Shown: positions 13,185 through 27,138, counted from the first letter of the stretch. The stretch is 64,000 nt of DNA from Podarcis cretensis (GCA_951804945.1 OX638149.1:93806001-93870000); one strand, 5' to 3'. Notes: a model not told the origin generated them from the letters alone. Program-made: numbers and translations.

Positions 13185-14824
13185 AACTCAGGACCTAATC
13201 CTGAATTTGGTTTTTATGGACGAAGATAATACATCTTACCTTGTATTCTCAACAGACAAGCTGAAGGCCCAGGTAAGTGTCCCTTGTGCTGTACTGAAGG
13301 AAAGATGCTTTGGATAACAAAAACAAAGTTTAGAATTTCTGCTTTTTATATTTTGGTGTGTTTGTTGTGGAAAACTAGAGAAAGGAGGAAACATGTTGCT
13401 TCCTAGAGATGTTGTAGTTTTAGTCAGTTGAAGAGTAGATTAGCATTACATTGCAGACCAATTAGCAAAGGATGTGTGAATGTGCTAATTGTGCACAAAT
13501 GTGCCTTAATACTAAACAATTCCATGTAGAAATTTCCCGCATGTAAAGTGTTAAGGAATCTAGGGGATAAAGCTCAATCTAGTTCACACTAAGTTTGTTT
13601 TTACTGATGTGGTGCCTCTCAATTACTTTCTAATCGGATGCATTAAAAAAATAAATTCCCAGAGGCACATTTGTGAATATGAAAACTCTCAAAATTATAG
13701 CTTATGATTGACTAGGAATGAGGCATTATGCATGCAGGTGTAGCTGGTTTCAGGTTATTAGAAATCCAATCTATTTTTTATGATATTATGGTGTAATTTT
13801 CAGCAGAAGACTGTGATATAAATTTCCAGTTGCACCGGAACATAAACTACAAGTGTCCCTGACTCTTGTCACTTTCCATGGTCTTTAGTTTGATTAATAA
13901 AAGGGACGAGAGCGATAACATTTCCCCAATAAGAATCTATGATCATCCCTCAATCAAAATGGGCCCATTTTATAGTGATATGTAACAATGATAAAAAATG
14001 TTATTTCAAGACCATTGGGACTAGTCTTTTAGCCTATAAATGTTGATCATATGGCTCTGGTTCTTGAAACAAGTAAATAGCCCATTTTCTTCTTTTGCGT
14101 TAAGAGAAGTGTCCTTGGAAATTCAAGTCTATTGGCTTCCTGGTCATATATAGCAAAAGGGTCTAAAGCTGATTTTTAAAAAAAAAACCAAAAAAAAAAC
14201 AAACCACACAATCAGCCCTGTTTGAAGTTCTAGCATAGTAGAATTCAGGATGTTTGTCTGAAGCCAAAGGTTCAGGGGCACAAAATTACTATGTATTAAT
14301 GGAATCTTAAAGGCCTTGTTAATTGTCCCCTGCCTTTAAAATAGGGCAGGAAATATAAAGTAGGAGAGGGAAGAGCTGGTAACCCTTCCAGATGTAAAGA
14401 AATTCTGATGGTCAAACTTTAGTTTTATATTCATTTGTTTGTATTTCAGGCAAGTGGAACTAGTCACTAAGAGTGCAATGTTCTATCTACATTAGTAAAA
14501 ATCAGCCCTGTTGAGCTCAGTGAGGCTGTCACAGGTAAGTGTGGATAGGATTATGCTTGAAGGCACTTGTCATGCTGCAGTGGCAAATTATACTTTGGTT
14601 GAGTACATACATTTTTTTAAAAAAATGGATGCAGCCAGTAAACATTGGCTAATAAATTAACACACTTCCATAAATTTAGCCTAACCGTTTGATCATACAG
14701 AATACACTGATACAGAATTATGTGCCAGTGGATTAATATTAAATAAACCCAAATGAGGCAGCAAGACATAAATTATATTTGCCTCAACTGTTTCAAATTT
14801 CTTTTTAAGAGAAGAGATGTAGGT

Positions 14825-14960
14825 CAGGCATAGGCAAACTTAGCCCTCCAGCTATTTTGGGACTACAATTCCCATCATCCCCGACCACTGGTCCTGTTAG
14901 CTAGGGATGATGGGAGTTGTAGCCCCAAAACATTTGGAGGGCCAAGTTTGCCTATGCCTG
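14825..14960. mobile_element. Palindromic hAT MITE (136 bp)
   Basis: TIR CAGGCATAGGCAAACT at both ends. Perfect 8-bp TSD ATGTAGGT at 14817-14824 and 14961-14968. The element is a near-palindrome. Confidence 0.92.
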
Positions 14961-17429
14961 ATGTAGGTGCTTAGAAATAGTTTTTCAATTAGAGGAAGTT
15001 GAAAGATATATTAACAGTAGCAAGGGGGGGGAAAGAAATTTTAAGGTTTATGACTGGGGAAGCGATGACTAATCTGAAACAAGAGTTGAATACTTTAATC
15101 ATGTGAACAAGCCTTGTCCTGCCTCATTGGAGCAAACAGATCTTTGCCTGCACATGCAAATCTGAGGAACAGTTCACATGAGAATGGGGCTGGTTCTGAA
15201 GCTGGCAGAGCTGGGTGAACTCATTGGAGCTACTATGCTTAAGAAATAACGAGCTGGTGGGGATTTTCATTCAAAATGTCTTTAACACCTCATGGATAGA
15301 TTTGTGTGTCCCTGAATAGATGTTTAGTAAGCAAATTCCAAGTTTATTGGTTCCAGTGTTTTATATGGGCTTGGACTTTTGTCTGGCTTGGACTGGGAAA
15401 ATCTACTCGGTTATAAAGCTTGCTGGGTTCTTTAGTGACTCACTTACTCTCAGGGATAAGCTATCATGGTGGAAGATAGGACCAGCAATGAAGGGAGTTG
15501 TTACTTCCATATCCCTCTCCCCTATCCACATGGTTTGCCTTGCTTCTCCTTTTTCAGTGCTATGGTTTAGCAAGCAGGCAACATTCCTGCGGCTTGGGTT
15601 CCAACTACTAGTCTGTCCAGGTAGGAGCTACTGTTCCCATAAATATTTTTCTGCACCACCACCTGAAGGGATCATCCTGTTTGGCAAGAACAAAGGCTGA
15701 AGTCATAAAACAGCTGCAAGGAAACATTATTTGTCCCTGTAAGTACATTCTGTTTGTATTTTAAAGGTTATACTATAAAATAAGTGTACAGACCTGTCTT
15801 CTCACTAAGGTCACCTACTGAGGCCCTCCTGGTTGTTCCACATTCTGCAGAAGCTCAACTTCCCAACCAGAGAGGGGTTTTTTTTGTGGTGCCCACGCTT
15901 TGGAATATTCACCCCCCCACACACACACACTGTTGTGCTGGCTACTGATACCAGTCATTTGTCAAACTTTTTAAGTTGAATTTTGTACTGACTGTTAATG
16001 GTGTTGGGATTATTTTTATTTTTATTTATTTTAATTGATTTATTTATTGTAAACTGTCTTGATATATGTTTGTAATAGTCTCTGTGTGTGATACTGCTTT
16101 CAGCAGACGAAAGCATGGAGTCCCATTTAGATACCAAGTATTTGTACTCTTCAATAAACAGAGGAATTAATGATCAACCTCTGGATTAGGAGATTAGTAT
16201 CTACAATGAATTGGCAGCATAATGAACTGATGAATTTGAGTTAAGTAAGAGTGAACATGCGATGAATGTTTTCCTTTGGCTTTTTGTATTAGAAACATTA
16301 ATTTGCGGCAATAGAATTCCTATAAATGTATTACTCTTGGGGGGAAATCAATTAGAATGAATAGTCGGACAGTTAATTGGGGGTTTTTAATGACTAAGTT
16401 TTGTTTAGCTGATTGCTAAACATAGTTATGGTTTATTTAAATGCTGATTGTCTAAGTAATGGATTGAAATGTGCCTCCAGTTGATTTAATGAAGTGTGGA
16501 CTGTTTAATTGACTAGCTTTTGTAGGAATTAATAACTTTTTTCAATGGATTAAGGTATATTAATTTTGTATAGGGTTGTATCCAATGGTTACTTGGGTAG
16601 AAGGTCTCCTGTGCAACCAATCTTTCCCTTTCTTTTTTAAAAGTATCTGTCCAGGACAGACAGTGTAGGTTGCTTTACTACCTTTTGTTTCTACAGGGGA
16701 TAAGTGTCCCGTGTAGTCCTCCTTGGAATCAAAATTATTCTCAGTGGTTATTTCAGACTTACATAGGATGACTTGGATTGCCCCTGCTTACCTAAGACAT
16801 TTTTTCTTCATGTCTTTTTATCATCATAACTTACTTTGCACTTATTTCCTTACTTTGTATTTCAGACAGGGAATAATTTATCTCCTATCCCACAATAAAC
16901 CTTAAGGGACAGTTGACAACTGTTCCAGAGGGCGTCTCCCACCCCACCACGTAGAGAGAGGCAAGTCTGTTTTGTACCATTTCTATAATTGGTAGTTTGG
17001 GGGCTAATAGCAGCTTCAATAGTAGTTCAATATTTTCATTATCTGAATATACTAGGAGCTGCATTTCTAGTAGCTACTGAGAATCACTTGGCTTTGTGAT
17101 ATCCAAATAAATGTGTGTCAAGGTGGTTTGTCAAGCACACTTTGAAATGAAGGGACGGTTTCTAAACTTCATCCAGGGGAGGCAGGCTCCGCAGAAGGGA
17201 ATGTCTATTCTTTCTACTCCCCTGTGATGAAGTAATGTGGCCAGAACCCTAATCTTATTTAGCAAGTTTTGAATTCTATGGATAATGGGATTTTATGTCT
17301 ACATCAAAAGTTGGAACCAACATGAGGACTTTGCCCAGAAGCTACTATTGATAAATTTCTTTCAGCACCTTTGCTTCAGCCACAGCTTTAAACTCCATTG
17401 TCATCTTATCTACTGCTGACAAACAACTC

Positions 17430-20400
17430 AGAAGCTTAGCAGGTTGTTTGAGTTTTATTTCTTAATTCTTCTTTACATAGTACAATTTATAAAAATACAG
17501 AAGCCCAGCCCACCCCTAAAATTCACAGTGTCTAAAGGCAGTGGTTAACAGTATACATCACCTTTATTCTAACAGTACCATTGTGTTCAGTTGCATAGGA
17601 AGGGTATTATGCCTTCACAACAGAGTCTGATAATATTTTCTTTTCCTATTTTGCTTCACAAGGCATATACTCTGCTTGTTGTTGTGATAATAATTATCTC
17701 TATTTATATACTCCAGAGCTGTCATTTATCTCCACCTCAGCTACAAAATAGAGTGGAGGTATCTCCCATCTTCATCTCCCATTTGTGTTTCCTCGTGCTT
17801 TACTTTTTAAAAATGAATTAGATTGCATTTCAAATATGCACACATTTGGATACTGGCTGAGAGTAGTTAGTTGTGCAGCTGACTGCCCTCTACATACTTT
17901 TATCTTTTCTGTACCACAAGCCTTTATGGAATTCTTCCTGACCTCAGTGTAAACTTGCAACACATCCCTCCTACTAGCGACTCGGGCCCCCGCAATCAAG
18001 AATTGCCCTTCAGTAAACATGGTCTTATCTTTAAAAACTTGCCCTTCAAATTACAAACGAAGGATTTATGTGTTCTTAAAGCTTCATCTTGAAGCGGAAG
18101 AGGGAGGTGGGAGAAAATGGTCTGTATTCACAATTGAAACAAACGCTGGTGTGTCCAAGAGGTGCGTGCTTATTTAAGACATCACATCTTTGGCCCGGGA
18201 GATGGACTAGTGAGTAAACTGGGCTGGAATATTCTGCCCATGGTTAAAAGCACACTGTCTTTAGGTATTCCAGGGCTAAGCCATTGCACTGACAATGGTT
18301 TGAAATGATTCACCAGTGAGCCTTGGCTCAAATTAAGCCTCAGGGCTTTTTTCTGCTTTAGCGGTGTAATAGCTCTGAACCCACTGCAAATAAATGCAGG
18401 CTTATAGTATAATATTAGGAAGCTGGCATTTTTCTTATGACGAGAGAAACCCCTTAGAGGGAAATAGACCCATTAACCTTCCATATAATAAATATATGGA
18501 CAGGATGTGATTATTTTAGTACAAGTGGAAGTATTTGGAAGCAAATATCACCACTGGCACAATGTGTCTGATACACAATATGTAAGTTGGGATAGCCTTG
18601 CCAAACTGGGTGCCCTGCCAGTGCGGTCAGCCCAAACACCCACAGTGGCCATGCTGGCTGAGATGGAAGGGAGTTGTGTCCTCCAAATAATAATGGTTCC
18701 AAGTTGGGTCCGGGCGAGGTAACAAAGAAGCAGGAAAACAACTTTTATCGTATTGCAACCCATGCTTTCTATCCTAGGCTATTGAAACACTGATTCCATG
18801 TTGGCAGTGCGAGTGCCTTACCACAAAAGCTAGCCAGTTCTAAATAGTTGTATTCAAATAAATGAGGTTTACTTTCCTGATCCAGAGACCCCACAGCAAA
18901 AGATGCACAAAATCTACTGTCTTACCTGTGCAAGAACGGTGTTCCACGTGCATAGTGGAGTTTCAGTTTCAGGCGGATGTGCTTAGGAGCCAGACATACA
19001 GCTGCTAATTTAGAATGCATGGTTTCCTGGAAAGTACATCTGGCATAAATAGCAGAGATCACCCCTAAGGAATCTCACTTTGGCAGGTTTCTAGAATTTG
19101 TCCAGCTCTTTAAATGCTGTTAAAATTCCTGGATGTTTCTCCAGAAAATAGCTTGAGGTATCACCTGAATAGTTCAACTAAGAGATGGCTCAAGGGTAAA
19201 CTAGATGGGGCTGGTGTGTTTTCGTGGGAACGGGGCTTTAACCAGTTTACTCTTCCTGTAGTTTGGATCAAAATTGCACCTGTTACTTCCAGTGGGATGC
19301 AAGTTCTCTCTTGCTCCAATGGGAGTTTTCTTCCCACTGGGAATAACTGACAACCAATTCAAGAGGGATAGTTTTAGCATGTGATAGTAAAAATAGTCTT
19401 GTGAGATCTTAAAATTAAATTTTATTGTGTGAATAGGCTACTGTGCACTACAGCCTATTTTGTAGCTTGAGGACATTTCATACCTCTTCAAAAATCAGGA
19501 ATGTAACTTGAGTACCATTTATACCAGTCCCTCTCTCTACAGCCACTAATATATGTAGCTTTTTCTCTTTTCTTTCTGTCTCTCAACTCATTTTCAGCAA
19601 GTACAAAATGAAGTCCTGCAAAAAGAAATAGGGATGGCTAAATTTGGGATGTGCTGAATACTGAAAGTGCTGAATGTGCTGAATACTGGGATGTGCTGAA
19701 TACTGCGCCCAACAACCGCAAGGTCAGAAGTCACCCATTTTTTTCTTAAATTCTCTATAGCCCCTTAACACCATTACATTCAACCTGGAAAAGTAGCCTA
19801 GAAGATGAAAGAGTATTTATTTACCTGTAGAAGAGCATCTACAATACCACCTAACCAAGTTGAAAGCAATTGATTTTTGCAGTACAGTAAACCCGCAACT
19901 TGTATGGAGGTTACAGTCTGGGGATCGTGCCTGAAGCCAAAACCACATATACTCAAAACACATTGAGTTCAATGATGGATAGGATGGCTAAAGTCATTTT
20001 TCCCAGAACCCTTCTCCCTTTCTAATTTTTTTCCCCATGCGCAAAAGTTAAAGTTGCAGGCTTACTGTAATACATAAATGAAACTGGAACTCAAGGAGCC
20101 CATCTCATATTATTATTATTATTATTCCTACTTACAGCTTAGTTTTTCCTTACACACACCTCTATTGATAATTAAAAACAATAGGACCAATATACTAAGT
20201 CAATTTGGACTGTTTATTCATAAAGTATGAGCAAATACAAACATTGTTTACTTTGCCATTCTTAACAGGAATGGATTTTTTGTGGGCTGGGAAGATGAAC
20301 AGTTCTAGCTTCAAAAGTCAACTCCTCAATTTTAATTGAACAACAAAATTCATTCATCTATGAAAAGTTTTAGTTATTTTCTCTTTCGGGTTCCCCTTTG

Positions 20401-23400
20401 AAACCTATCCTCAAGTCCAAGTGCTGCTTTTATTATTCTAAATTTATTTTTAGACCATTCAGCAGTAAACATACCATTTGTATGTGTTATACATATATAA
20501 ACATACATAGGATTTGAGTAAGGGGACTTTATGATGAACTTTACATTTTTATTTTGCTTATGTAATAAAGTCCCACATTTGGTGTGACTAAATGGACCGA
20601 GTTAATTAGTTTGATTGCCGGATATAATTTTTTCTTAACATTAGATTTTGTAATGCTAGAATGGGGGAGCAATCCTAAATTATAGCCCCGCCCTGCAAAG
20701 GGATTCAAATCATACCCACTTCCTACACAGATCTTCATCTAAGTTCATTTTCTAAAATAAAATAAAAAAATAAGGCAGCAGGTACACATGTATAACTCAT
20801 GTCATAGGTGAGCTACTGCAAGAGATGAATAAACACTCAAATCACCTTCTTTCCAATCCCATTACCTCATTATTCTTCAAAGGTTTACTTTTAACATAAA
20901 GAAGGTTCTCCCCCTTCTCTATTAGAATGTACATATTATTGAAGAGCAGGGTGTTTTTAACTAGCTTTGCAGCAATAAAGTCAATGTATATTTGTTAAAA
21001 TATAAATCCTCATCGTAAACCAAAAGGGCAGATTCGATTGCTGCACTACTAGTTTGGCAGAAGTGGCAAAACATCAGGTTCAAGAAACTGCATCACAACC
21101 GGTGCTGCCAGAAAGAGAAAGCAAATCTGTGTAGGGCTCCCATATAGTATGGTGATTAAGCTTTGCTGCTTTATCAGTCTAAACATTCTCTGTAGTCACA
21201 TTATGGCAGTAGAGGGCACTAGGATAAGCAGCAGGTAAGATGAGCAAATGTTACTCACGTAGATCAGCTCTTGCACTCTCTACACACTGGACTTGCCAAA
21301 GTCTGGCACACCTTCTATGTGTGCAGCTCCCTTGCTAGCAAGGTTTAGCCACATTCCTTTTAACAATTTCCAGCAGCAGCAGCAGTTCCACAGCTATGAA
21401 ACGATAGATATGTCTTCTGCCCCTTTTCTGAGAGGGAGAGTTCTATGGCAGCTTGTAAGAAACTGCTGTATCAGAATGCATAAGAGCAGTGCAACTGTAG
21501 TGCTCATACTTCTTTCCTGCAAAAAGCTATTATTATTTTTTCAAAAAGAGACAAAACACAAGGGTCATAGTTCCTCACATTTGAGTAACCACAGGTTATG
21601 TTTCTGAAACCAAAAGCTAACAACATCTTCCTACCCAAATATGAAAAGCCATTTTCTTCCCTGCACCCGGAGAAAGTGAAGAGTTAGGACTACCTCCAAA
21701 ATACAATTTGTAAAATAGGATTTGTAGTTGCTATTATTCAAACCTCCATTCTAAAAGAATCTGAATCTGTTGTGTTCTTTGCTCTCTGTCCCACTCCCTG
21801 GGTTCAACATATCCCTCTCAAAATGAAAGCCCTAGTTTCAAATCTGTTCAACTGAATCTTGTAGATGTTGCCTAAGCTTATAAAGGTGGTTAAAAAAATA
21901 AGTAAAACAAAAAGTGGATGAGAGATCCTTTGTAGCACTTGACCGTACAGAATTTGGGCACAGTCCTCACAGCATATCTGGGGTTGCATGCAACTTGATG
22001 ACACTTTAATGGTTGCCTCCTGCTACATTGAACTGGTTTAGGAAATCCCATGAGTCTCAAAAGAGACTTGCTGTGCAAAGTGCTCCACTAGATGTAAGAG
22101 AGCTGGGTCTCTTCCCCGTGGCAAAAATGCATTGCTCCTCTGAAGGATATTCCCAAACATTTGCATATTCAGTTTCCACATCAAACACTGGGAGGGGGCT
22201 TTGTTTCCTTGCTGACTAAACCCTGCTGTCAAAAGCAACACTGCCAAACCAAATACATTTCCAGTGTGTACTACAACATCCATTATGACAACCCCAAGTG
22301 TAATAAATACCAGGTGTTTAGAAAACCCCTGTAGAGAATCAGACCGCTCTACTGTGGACATTATCAGCTGGGTGCCTGAAACACTAAATTAACTTAGGAT
22401 GCAAGAACGTCACTATGCCCTATGTCATTAACCTGCCATGTGATAAGAAACTGCTCTTATTTTGCATTAGATTGCCCCTAAAGAATTGTACTGCCATGCA
22501 AAATACATTAATGGAATGTTAAAAAGCTCAGATGTTCTTTTCCACCCATTCACCCTACTTTCTGTTGAAATGGCATCTGCACACCCACGTTGCAATTGCC
22601 ATTCATATTTTTGAAAGGGTATCATTCTTCACATTCAGATGCCTGGGAAGAATGAATCTGGAATATCCTAACTAAAAATATCCCTCCCCTAGCCTGCCCT
22701 GATTTCTGGCATTTGGAGAAAGAAAGATATGCTGCATAACCAGAATGGGAAAATATTCTATGTAATAAAATAAATTCTAGTCTTTATCTAACTGAAAAAT
22801 AGATCTGGCTTATTTTATGGCAAAAAAAGAGTGAACAAAAGGTTTAATTCATTTGCATATATACCTTTTTAAGAACTGTTGCAAAATAAATTACAATTTT
22901 GCAGCACCCTCTGAAACAGTGACACTGATCCAGCCATTTCTTACACAACATAGAGGCTCGGATGGAGCTCAATTACGAGCAAGTGTCCCAATCATTTCGG
23001 TGGAAAAGACAGATCTGCATGTGCAGCAGCTTTCTTTTGTCAGGTGAATGGGATGTTCTGCACTCAAAAGAGCCTCATGTGTGCAACAGAAACTCCAGAA
23101 GAGTCTGGATTAGAGTCTGTAGCAATTTGATCAAGTTCTCAGTCATGGGCACATGGAAGCAAACAGCAAAAACCAAAACAAAACCCCAGCAGGTTGCATA
23201 TCTAAACCACCCCAAAAATCTACAGCCCATGCACCCATCCAGACTACTTCAGCCATTGGTATACCATTCACAATTTAGGCACCAATGTTTTATGATATGT
23301 GGTTGCATAAGGTAACATCAGGTGTTGGCATCAGCACTGGATTGCTCTCCCTATTCAAACTAGCCATTCTGCATCATGAACACAGAGCCACTGACCGGTT

Positions 23401-25050
23401 TGCATGTCCTGCCTGTGTTAATGGTCTCGACTGTGCCATCATTCAGATTCTATGTCCAAAATGTGTTTTAAAGGTGGCAACAGTAATGAGCACAGGTCTG
23501 GCTGCCAGACAGTGAACCTGAATCTAAAACAAACGGCTTGGACAAATGTCAAGCCAGCAACTGCAAATAGATATGGTCATTGCTGAAAGAAGATATGGAG
23601 GAGAATCCCCAAGCTCTGGAATTGTTCATCATTCATGCCGGGACTCTTATTACATGCTCTGCATTGTGGCAGTCTCCATCTCTTAGCACCAGGAGTTATG
23701 CTGAACAACAATGGCAAACTCGCTCACATTGCCAGACACACTGGGAATGTCCATTAAAGCGTGGTGTGCATTGGCTAGACATGAATGTCAGACAATCACC
23801 TGTCCAAAGATGACATGGCTTCTGCACTGGTCTAACACAATCACACATATACAAAGAATAACATTTCAAAACAGGACTGGATTATTATTATTTGAAAAGG
23901 CTACAGACTCCATTTTTTACCTTTACCGAAGCAGAATTACTTTTTCTTCTTCTTGCTCAGACACAGGAGGACACTGTCAACTGATGGTGCACATTGTACT
24001 CCCATGGAGAAGTACTAGCTGGAAGACACTGAAGGAATCTGCAGTAGGCTTTATGGGTTAGACTATGCTATGAAGACATTCTTCAGAGTCAAACTGAACT
24101 CAAAACATTTTTTCCCCAAGTGAATAAAAAATTATAAAAAATAAAATCAGAATTAGCACAAAGCTTGGTGATTTCAACAAGGACAGCAAGGCCATCAATC
24201 TAGCAGCTCCTTAAGAGACTACCACAATCAAAGTTAAAAGAAAATAGTTGCCCCACCCCTTCCAAAATCAAGATATTCCATGGCTCTTGTTCCACTCATC
24301 ATATTTTCCCCAATGGGATAAATTCTTTTCTACCCAGAGCCCATGCTTCAAGCCCCCAAACCTATACTTCAGGTAATGTCATCCTACATTTCCCTCAAAA
24401 CTATGGCTGGAAATGTTTCAAAATGCTAGTTTTGCGTGAAGTACCTTATCTTTGTTCTGTTTATCTCACTAGACTTTTTTTTTCCATTGAAGGCTGCATA
24501 TTATTTTAACGTGTCGCAGGAAATGGTGATGATACACTGATCAACCCCCAAACCTAAACACCAGAATCTTGAGCACAATGTTCGATAAGGCTTCTCTTGT
24601 GGATGACATTCATACTACCATTAACCTGTAGGCTTATGAAGGACGCATCTCAGCGCGTTGAAGGCATTTGTCTTCCATGTCCACTGAGTTTCTGAAGAGG
24701 TGCTGGGTAGCCAAGTACCATTCCACACAAAGTTAGCACATAATGGTTGGTTCTTGGACTGTCATGGCATCAGACACAAAGGCATCTCCAGCCATAAATA
24801 TCCATAGCAGTATGTGATGTCTCTAGCTGAGGACTCCTCAAAAAATCTTAGGCAAGATGGTCCATTGTCCATAAGCAGTGGGTCCACTTAAGGAGATGTA
24901 CCACTCAAAAGTAAGACCACTGATAAAAGAGAAAATAAAAGGCCCACTGTTTAATATTTACATCTAGAGACTGGGCCAATATTTGGTCCATAAACTCAAT
25001 TTAAAAAATAAAAATCATAAAGGAAGCGATCCAGTTCTTGGTGTCCATCA
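17430..25050 (-). other. SEMA5B: Putative SEMA5B 3' UTR (end uncertain)
   Basis: Downstream of the stop codon. Minus-strand AATAAA at 20213-20218 and at 17454-17459; the latter is followed about 25 nt later by GU-rich GTTGTTTGT. Confidence 0.4.
19885..20067. mobile_element. Older Tc1/mariner (Tigger-type) MITE
   Basis: TA-flanked. TIRs CAGTAAACCCGCAACTT / AAGTTGCAGGCTTACTG. Confidence 0.7.
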
Positions 25051-25206
25051 TCAGCTGTTGGTAAAGGTCCTTCCAGGGGAGGCCTCAGGCCTGTAGTCAT
25101 ACTTATTCAGTGTACTGGGGTAATAGGTGGTTGTGTACACATTTGTTTGCTGCAAAGGATAGAAGTTGGTCCTGTCATCTGGTATTAAATTGTTCTTGTT
25201 AAGTGT
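25051..25206 (-). CDS. SEMA5B: SEMA5B final coding exon
   Basis: cccacag|ACA. TLNKNNLIPDDRTNFYPLQQTNVYTTTYYPSTLNKYDYRPEASPGRTFTNS then TGA, immediately followed by a second TGA. The tail is SEMA5B-like rather than SEMA5A-like. Confidence 0.96.
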   Translation of the reverse strand, partial: TLNKNNLIPDDRTNFYPLQQTNVYTTTYYPSTLNKYDYRPEASPGRTFTNS

Positions 25207-26969
25207 CTGTGGGGGGAAAAACAGAGAAATTTATAGAGACATTCTTTTCCCTCCCTTGTCCAAAAAGCTCACATATTCCATTTTCTAACGCAATTTTATA
25301 TTAGTACCTTCCCTCTTCTAAGGTGTCGTTTTAAGTATTTTGTAGCTCTCTACAGAGACCTTTCTGTGGATAGGGCCACAACTCCTCCTGGCTTTGCCAG
25401 TGTTTTGGGCAATATGAGCCAAGCCACTACTTGCAAACCAAGATCTATGGGTTTCTCCAGATTTGCAGACATGGCTTTCCCATATTGGTGACATGATGTT
25501 TGATGGTCGTCACCACCATCTCCATCACCCGCCACTGTGCAACTGAGACTGGGGTCCCATCTACATGTTTCACTCCAGCTCCCTCCCAAGAGTAAACCAA
25601 AATGGCATTTCTCTTTTGCTTTGGAAGAGCAGGTGCACATTTACCTGATCTCCATCTCCACTGGTAGATATCCAGGTTTGGACCCCCCGATATTAAGTGT
25701 GTCACTTCTGTAAGCTACAGTGTAAGTAACAAGGCATGGTCACATTTGAGAGGAAAAGGATGGCTGAAGAAAATTAACAACCATTAAAAGTTACAAATAG
25801 TTGTCAACAGCATGGAGAAAAAATGGAGGTGGGATGTAGGTGTCATTTTAATTACTGATGTTTAAATAAGGGATTTCTTATTCCCCCCCTTCCTTTGCTG
25901 GGCATTTATGGCGCCACCATAAGCTGGTGTAAAAATTCACTGTCATTTCAACACATCCTTTATCGTTTTCTAGCTCATGTTTAATCTATCTGCTGGACAG
26001 ATATATTTTCCTGTGCCCGGAAAAAGAAGTCTGTCACGTTTGAACACATTCAGAAAAAGAAGCAGTGAAAAACAGCATCTTTGCAAAGGATTAAAAATAT
26101 ATAATAGCATAATCTTGATGTGGCTATTACAAATGAAAGAGACAGTATCTTGCCCTCTTCTGACCTCAAGTGTAGCTCTTGGTGATCTCTTAACCAGGTC
26201 ACTGACATGGTCAAAAACCACTTGAGCGCCAGCAAGTCTATAGCATCAGGTACAATTATATTTCCTTATAAAGCACCCCCTGTCACACTAGAACAGGGGT
26301 GGGCAGATATCGTGGTTGCAGGAATGACTTTGTGTTTTACTAGAACCCATGAACCGGAGCCAGCTGCAGAAGACGCATGTAGAATCGAGGAATTCTGAGA
26401 CCAAGGCATTTGTTTGCCAGCACTGAAAGTTCTTCACAAAGGTTTATTCCTGATGGCAACCCAGCCACAACCACCTGCAACAATGACACTCTTCCTTTTT
26501 TCATTTCAAGAGTATCATTTAGGAAGGGAGTTAATTTGGTTATTAAAGAACAACAGAAACTGGTGATCTTAAAATCACCCAGATCTACCAGTAGATGCAG
26601 ATCTTCCTTTTGCCCACTGCTACACTAGACACAATGAAGCTTTTAGACAGGAGATGGAAAGTGGGTTAAACCCAAAAGTGTGTGAGAATGCGTCTTCTAT
26701 GTATGGAAGGGCTGTTTTACAAATTGATCTCTAAAGTGTTCCACAATAAAACAAGCAAAAATCAAAGGTGTTTTTCCTGCACAGTCAGATGCATACGGAT
26801 TGCCTCCACATCTCCACAATATACAATAGAGACTATCATTCACTCAGCAGCCATGTACTTGCATGATACTGACTGAGCATCCCACTCTTCCACTTCCATT
26901 CCTGCCACCCAAAGACCTTGCAAGCCACCTCACTGGTCATAACAACATCTACTGAATTTTTCTGCGTAG

Positions 26970-27138
26970 TCAGTGGAGCGGACTCCCTCAGGTGGTTGTG
27001 GGCTCTCCTTTATTGGAGGTTTTTAAGCAGAGGTTGGATGGCCATCTGTCTTGGATGGTTTAGTTGAGATTCCCGCATTGAAAGGAGGTTGGACTAGGTG
27101 ACTCCCAGGATCCTTTCCAACTCTCCAATTCTATGATT
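26970..27138 (+). mobile_element. CR1 LINE 3' end
   Basis: GGAGGTTTTTAAGCAGAGGTTGGATGGCCATCTGTC...CCTTTCCAACTCTCCAATTCTATGATT, a typical CR1 3' UTR ending in an ATTCTATG octamer. A short minus-strand terminus also lies at ~31797-31829. Confidence 0.8.

Noticed and set aside
25645-25707. 63-nt AG...GT pseudo-exon near the last SEMA5B exon
   Set aside because: Poor polypyrimidine tract, an immediate in-frame stop (AAG TGA) and no supporting homology; expected by chance.
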